Of a DNA stretch of 64,000 bases, positions 57,049-64,000 are shown piece by piece; the stretch's first letter is position 1, and each line of letters begins with the position of its first letter. The stretch is taken from NCBI GenBank assembly GCA_963795085.1, contig CAWCFX010000003.1:64001-128000 (forward strand). Reading direction: 5' to 3'. A program made the position numbers and the translations under genes. Below the pieces are notes generated by a model that was not told the origin of the DNA, did no database searches, and worked only from the letters and a program-made list of their open reading frames with translations. Source of the DNA: an uncultured Gemmatimonadales bacterium. Its GTDB lineage: Bacteria > Gemmatimonadota > Gemmatimonadetes > Gemmatimonadales > GWC2-71-9.

Positions 57049-59442
57049 CTACCGGTCAACGGCCGTGGTATCAGGCCGCTGGCTGTCCGGCCCCGTGAGA
57101 GGCTCCATCCGGATCTGCTGCAAGGCCTGCTTGATTTGCGGATCCGCCACCAGCTTCGCGGCCCGTTCCAGGTTGGCAAGAGTCCGATCCCGGTCACCGC
57201 GGGCCTGGTAGGCCAGCGCCAGTTGGGTGAATGGCAGTCCCAGGTTGAACGCCATGCCCCGCGCCGTGGGTTCCAGGTTGCTCACCGCTTCTTCACTCGC
57301 CTCCAGCAACCCGCTGTACCGGTACGTGTGCCAGGCCAGGCTATCGGTCACGATCAGGTCCATCAGCGTCCCGGTGAGCCTGCCGATCTCGAGCCCGGGA
57401 TTGGTAGTATCCGGGGCGGTAGGACTCACCAGATAGGCCATCCCCTGCTGGATCATGAATGGATCGAGCCCCCGGAAGTCCCGCCCGGTGGTCATGCTCC
57501 AACTGACGGGGCGCTTGCCCACATTTTCCTGGAGAATGCGGGCCAGCACGATCTGGTTGGGATTGATATAGACGTTGGCCGGCAAGGTGTAGCGTCCCGC
57601 TCCGGCCGGGACCGCCCGGGGCTCCCGGAGGACGGTAAAGCTGCCGGTGATCTGGTCGATCTGGGCATCGGTCATCGAATGCACCGGCCAGTCGGGCATC
57701 GGGCCGGCTTTACCCCGCCAGATGGCCGGCGCGCTGGCCTCGTCAAAGGCGCGCTGCGGGTTGTCCCGCAGTTGCCTGATGTACCACGGCGTCTGCGCCA
57801 GGGCGAGACAGACCAACGTCACGTCCTGCCGGATCCCCGCCACTTCCTGGGCCCACCACAGGGGGAAGGTGTCGTTGTCCCCAAACGTAAAGAGGACCCC
57901 GTACGGCGGGACCGAGTTGAGCAGGTCGTAGGCGAAATCCGCGGCCAGCCGGGGCGCCGGGCCGTGCGCCCGCGATGCCGCCGTGAAATTGGCGGCGAAG
58001 GGAACGGCCGCCACCAGGAACAGCGCGTAGGGCGCGGCCCCCGTAAGCGCCCGCCTCGCCAGCCCGCGGGCCAGGACCGCCAGTCCCATCCCGGCCCACA
58101 GCCCCCAGATGATGAAACTGATGACGAAGAAGTAGTCCCGGTCGCGGACCTCGTGATCGGACGGATCCGGCCACTGCTTGAAGGTGTACTCGAGGCTGTA
58201 CCCCGGCTTGAAATTCATGTAGAGGACCAGCCCGATACCGGTGACCGCGAACACGCCGGCGAGCAGCCACCAGGATGGCCGTTCCATTCGTCGGTGCCAG
58301 TCGAATCCGCGCATGCCGAGAAAGAAAAACGCCAGCGTCATTGCCACCTTCAGGGCCATGGCCGGCAGGCCGTTTCCCCACTGCCAGATGAAGTACTGGA
58401 AGTAGTTGGCGAACTGCGCCGTGACCAGCGAAAAACTCCGCCCCGGGTTGTCGGGCCCGCTCATCTCGGTCGGATCGTCCAGCGGAGTCCGGGGAGGATA
58501 CTGTTTCCGCTGGATGACTTCGAGCAGCGACGTGAAATTGTCGGGCTGGGCCTCACTGATCATCGGGTGCTGCTGGGAGCGGTAATACGGGTATCCGTAA
58601 CTGGTGATGCCTACCACGGCGATCACCAGCGCCACCAGGGCGAAACGACCGACGGATGCGGAGACGGCGAGCGCCGCGGCGGCCAGGTAGCAGATCCCTC
58701 CCCCGGTGATCAGGGTCGTGCTGCCCAGGCCGAGCCCGATCAGGAGCGCCCAGGTGCCGCCGACGACGGCCACTTCCGCCCACTCCCGCCGCTGCCGTAC
58801 CGGGTCGGCCGACGGCTCCAGCCGCAGGGTGGCGGCCATGAACAGGATGACGCCGGGCCCCACCAGTAGCGTGAGCAGGTGGTTGCCGCTGGAGAGGCCC
58901 GCGATGTAGAGCATGAGCCAGAGGGTCCGGGGTGCCCGGTCGCCACCCCGCTGGCGCCGCCAGACCAGGGCCAGCCAGCAGATCAGCGCGGCCATGAACG
59001 TGGCCACTCCGTACACCTCGGTCTCGTTGGAGTTCTGCCAATGGGTGAAGGTGAACGCGCCGATCACCGCCGCGGCCATGCCGCCTCCAATGCGGAGACC
59101 CGCGGCATTTCCCTCGCCATTCCCGCCCAGCGGCCGCAGTGATTCCCAGATCACCAGGAAGAAGGCTCCCGCTGCGAGGGCGCTGAAGAAGGCGCTCATC
59201 AGGTTGAGCCGGAAGGCATACTCCCCGAAAGGAAAGATGCTGCCCCAGACGTGGCCCAGGATGACGAAGAGCGGCGTCCCCGGCGGATGCGGGATGCCCA
59301 GGATGTGGGCCGATGCGATAAACTCGCCGGCGTCCCAGAATGTCACCGTCGGCGCCAGGCTGACGAGGTAGCCCAGGAGCACAATGGCCGTGGTCGCCAG
59401 GGCGTAGCGATAGGGCGGAGCGTCGGGTAATCGGGAATTCAT
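57049..59442 (-). CDS. DUF2723 / TMEM260-like membrane glycosyltransferase
   Basis: APTVTFWDAGEF, GIPHPPGTP, ETEVY, EVRDRDYFF, GDNDTFPLW. Confidence 0.9.
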   Translation of the reverse strand: MNSRLPDAPPYRYALATTAIVLLGYLVSLAPTVTFWDAGEFIASAHILGIPHPPGTPLFVILGHVWGSIFPFGEYAFRLNLMSAFFSALAAGAFFLVIWESLRPLGGNGEGNAAGLRIGGGMAAAVIGAFTFTHWQNSNETEVYGVATFMAALICWLALVWRRQRGGDRAPRTLWLMLYIAGLSSGNHLLTLLVGPGVILFMAATLRLEPSADPVRQRREWAEVAVVGGTWALLIGLGLGSTTLITGGGICYLAAAALAVSASVGRFALVALVIAVVGITSYGYPYYRSQQHPMISEAQPDNFTSLLEVIQRKQYPPRTPLDDPTEMSGPDNPGRSFSLVTAQFANYFQYFIWQWGNGLPAMALKVAMTLAFFFLGMRGFDWHRRMERPSWWLLAGVFAVTGIGLVLYMNFKPGYSLEYTFKQWPDPSDHEVRDRDYFFVISFIIWGLWAGMGLAVLARGLARRALTGAAPYALFLVAAVPFAANFTAASRAHGPAPRLAADFAYDLLNSVPPYGVLFTFGDNDTFPLWWAQEVAGIRQDVTLVCLALAQTPWYIRQLRDNPQRAFDEASAPAIWRGKAGPMPDWPVHSMTDAQIDQITGSFTVLREPRAVPAGAGRYTLPANVYINPNQIVLARILQENVGKRPVSWSMTTGRDFRGLDPFMIQQGMAYLVSPTAPDTTNPGLEIGRLTGTLMDLIVTDSLAWHTYRYSGLLEASEEAVSNLEPTARGMAFNLGLPFTQLALAYQARGDRDRTLANLERAAKLVADPQIKQALQQIRMEPLTGPDSQRPDTTAVDR

Positions 59443-59479
59443 CAGAATCGAGGGATCGAGTTGGGGCGAAACGTAACGA

Positions 59480-60645
59480 CTACATCTGGCGGACGGCTAC
59501 CGCCAGCTGGAGGGCCTCACGGACGCCGCGCACTTCATGCACCCGGAAGAGCTGGGCCCCCCGTTCGAAGGCCATGACGCAGGCGATTGCCGTGGCGCGA
59601 TCCCGGTCCTCGACCGGACGCCCGGTCGCCGTGCCCAGGAACCGTTTTCGGGACGGCCCCACCAGGACCGGCCGGCCCAGGCTTCCCAGGGCACCCAACC
59701 CGTCGAGCAGAGCCAGGCTTTCTTCTGCCGTCTTCCCAAAGCCAAGGCCGGGGTCAACCACCTGGCGCTCGGCCGCGATGCCGGCCGTCAAGGCCACTTC
59801 GACCGATGCGCGAAGTTCCCGGGTGACCGTGTTCACCACCCCCTGGCCATAGGAACCGGCGCCCTCGGTCGCCAGGCCGCCGGGGCCGCCCCGCGAATGC
59901 ATGAGAATGGCGCCGGCCCCGGCCTCGGCGAGGGTCCGACCCATGTCCGGGTCCAGCCGCAGCCCGGACACATCGTTTACCACCGCGGCGCCGGCGGCGA
60001 GTGCCGCCTGAGCCACCGATGCCTTCACGGTATCCACGGAGACGAGGAGCGAAGGGTGGCGCTGCACCAGCGCGGAAAGCACCGGGAGCAGCCGTCGCGA
60101 CTCTTCCTCGCCGTCGACCGGCGTGGCTTCAGGACGGGTGGATTCGGCCCCGAGGTCCACCAGGTCGGCGCCGGCGGCCAGCAGCGAGTCGGCCTGCTCC
60201 AGCGCCGCATCCACCGTAAGAAACCGGCCTCCGTCGCTGAACGAATCGGGGGTGACGTTGAGCACGCCGAGGAGGATAGGATGGTCCAGCGCGATGGCAC
60301 CGCGGGCGGTGACCCAGGTCTCGGCCCGCTCGGCCGGCAGCGCGAGGCCGACCTCCTGGGCCAGCCCGACCAGGTGGGGAGGAAACACCCAGGGCCGTGC
60401 GAAGGCGGCCAGGCGGGAACGGCTGCCGGCGAGGAGGACCCACCCTTCGCCGGTCAGAAGGTCGATGCCGAGTTTTCGGTTGTGAATGACCAGCGCTTCG
60501 ATGGCGTCGTCGGGAACCTGTTCCAGCAGAATGGCGACCGGCTGCACACTGCCGGCCGCCGATGCGGCACGCATGGCATCCCAGCCATGGCGGAGAAGCG
60601 CCTCCTGCACCGCCCGCGCCGAGTGGGCCGCGAGGGACCGCGCGA

Positions 60646-60649
<4 letters not shown>
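59480..60649 (-). CDS. folP: Dihydropteroate synthase with N-terminal extension
   Basis: GVLNVTPDSFSDGG, GAESTRP, SVDT, NDVSG, DPGLGFGK, GPSRKRF, FRVHEV; GTG 60649 overlaps ftsH stop. Confidence 0.95.
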
Positions 60650-62631
<1,982 letters not shown>

Positions 62632-63189
62632 TTATTCCAAGTCCGCGATAAACGGGAGATGCCGGTAATTCTCCGCGTGATCCAATCCGTAGCCCACCAG
62701 AAATGCCGGGGGAGCCTGGAAACCGACGAACCTGATTTCAGGTGGCGGCTCCGGGGCAATCTGCTTGTCCAGCAGGGCGCAGATCGCCAGGCTCCGGGGC
62801 TCACGAGCTTTTAGAACCGAACAGAGACGCTTGAGCGTCTTTCCACTATCAATTATATCCTCGACCAGCAGAATATGTTTCCCCTCCAGGCGGGTCTCAG
62901 GGTCGTAAAGCAGCCGGACATGGCCACTTGAGACCTTTCCAGCCCCGTAGGAACTGGCGACCAGGAAGTCCACCTGCAGGGGCCGTTCCACCTGCCGGAC
63001 CAGGTCGCTCAGGAAGATAAAACTCCCCTTGAGCAGGCCCAGCACCAGCAGGTGCCCGTCCGGGTAGGCCTCGGTGATCTCGGCGCCCAGCTCGCGAACC
63101 CGGCTGGCGATGGTCGCCTCGTCGTAGACGATGGACTTGACCGCCTTGCCGCCGGTGCGGCGGAGGACTTCAGACGACCTGAGCGTCAA
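62632..63189 (-). CDS. hpt: Hypoxanthine phosphoribosyltransferase
   Basis: LLKGSFIF, SSYG, LLVEDIIDSGKT, FLVGYGLD; probable TTG start 63189. Confidence 0.95.
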   Translation of the reverse strand: MTLRSSEVLRRTGGKAVKSIVYDEATIASRVRELGAEITEAYPDGHLLVLGLLKGSFIFLSDLVRQVERPLQVDFLVASSYGAGKVSSGHVRLLYDPETRLEGKHILLVEDIIDSGKTLKRLCSVLKAREPRSLAICALLDKQIAPEPPPEIRFVGFQAPPAFLVGYGLDHAENYRHLPFIADLE

Positions 63190-64000
63190 CACGCAGAGCC
63201 TCCGCCCCCGGGGGGGGCACCAGACGGTTGGAGCGGCAGATCCCGGGCACCCAGACAACGTCCCCGCCCTCGTCCACCAGGACGGGCCAACTCTCCCGAT
63301 CACGGCGGGCCACCCGCGCGTCCTGCAAGCACCTTACCACCAGGCGATGCCCCGGGCCGCCCAGGGGATGCACCCGGTCGCCGGCCCGGAACGCCCGGGC
63401 CGCCAGCGGCGCGGGACTGAACCAGGCGGTGAGCCCGTCACGGTCCTGGACGGGCAAGGCCGGCTCGCGTCGCCAGCAGAGCCGCCAGCGACCCAGGACT
63501 CCGTCGCCCTCGTCGCCGTCCATGGTGAGGGGCGCACCGGCGCCTCCGGCGGCACACTGGCTGGTGGGGACGAAGTCGATCCGTCCGAAGGCCGCCTCCA
63601 GAATCCAGCCACCGCCCGCCTCGAAGCGCTGGCCGCTCGCCGCGGTGGCCATGAACCGGGCCGCCCGGCCGGCCTGGTCCCGGCCGATGGTGCCGCCCAG
63701 CCGGCGGATGATCGCGCGCACCAGTGCCTGGGCGAAGGTGGAATCATACCGGGCGAAGGGGGCCGCAGCAACGGAACCTTCGCCCCGGTCCGTCCGCCAG
63801 TCCACCTCGCCCAGCGCATCGATCACCAGGTCCCACGCCCGGCGATCGTCGGCCGCCTGGGCGGCAACCTCGCGCAGTGCCCCGCTGACGCCCGGCAGGC
63901 GCTGGCCCAGCAGCGGGAGCACGGCGTGGCGGACCCAGGACCGGAGATGCCGCGCGTCCCGGTTGGCTGGATCATCCCACCCGGCGAGGCCGCGCCGCTC
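63170..64000 (-). CDS. tilS: tRNA(Ile)-lysidine synthetase, C-terminal part (5' end outside window)
   Basis: WDDPAN...RSWVRHAVLP, R..RAGDR, ARRDRESWPVL, VVWVPG; tilS-hpt-ftsH synteny. Confidence 0.88.
   Translation of the reverse strand, partial: ERRGLAGWDDPANRDARHLRSWVRHAVLPLLGQRLPGVSGALREVAAQAADDRRAWDLVIDALGEVDWRTDRGEGSVAAAPFARYDSTFAQALVRAIIRRLGGTIGRDQAGRAARFMATAASGQRFEAGGGWILEAAFGRIDFVPTSQCAAGGAGAPLTMDGDEGDGVLGRWRLCWRREPALPVQDRDGLTAWFSPAPLAARAFRAGDRVHPLGGPGHRLVVRCLQDARVARRDRESWPVLVDEGGDVVWVPGICRSNRLVPPPGAEALRVDAQVV

Overview
A GC-rich bacterial chromosomal window, probably Gemmatimonadota (inferred from gene content and order, not proven). Every gene from ~3.8 kb to the right end lies on the minus strand. 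Housekeeping blocks: tilS-hpt-ftsH-folP; yggS-divIVA-PNP-ileS-dksA-lspA-rluD; tRNA-Val and tRNA-Asp; and a dcw cluster (rsmH to ftsZ, then an M23 peptidase and hisA) that lacks mraZ, murB and ddl and is split by a DUF305 + LVIVD lipoprotein pair. The main point of interest is a tightly coupled 19-gene locus at 29876-48097. It is a Che pathway with no receptor gene (3x cheW, cheY, cheA, cheC, cheR, cheD, cheB). Nested inside it is an 8-gene block: MglA GTPase, three roadblock/MglB-type proteins, two DUF4388-TPR proteins with tandem MshEN-like motifs, a large TPR protein, and a DnaA-like protein with two AAA+ modules and no DNA-binding domain. Also present: two homopolymer frameshifts, a family of intergenic 7/8-bp tandem repeats, a shared near-leaderless promoter motif, and an IleRS with a non-canonical GIHH signature. 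No CRISPR array, rRNA, transposase or integrase was seen. All family assignments come from motif recognition by eye, not database searches.
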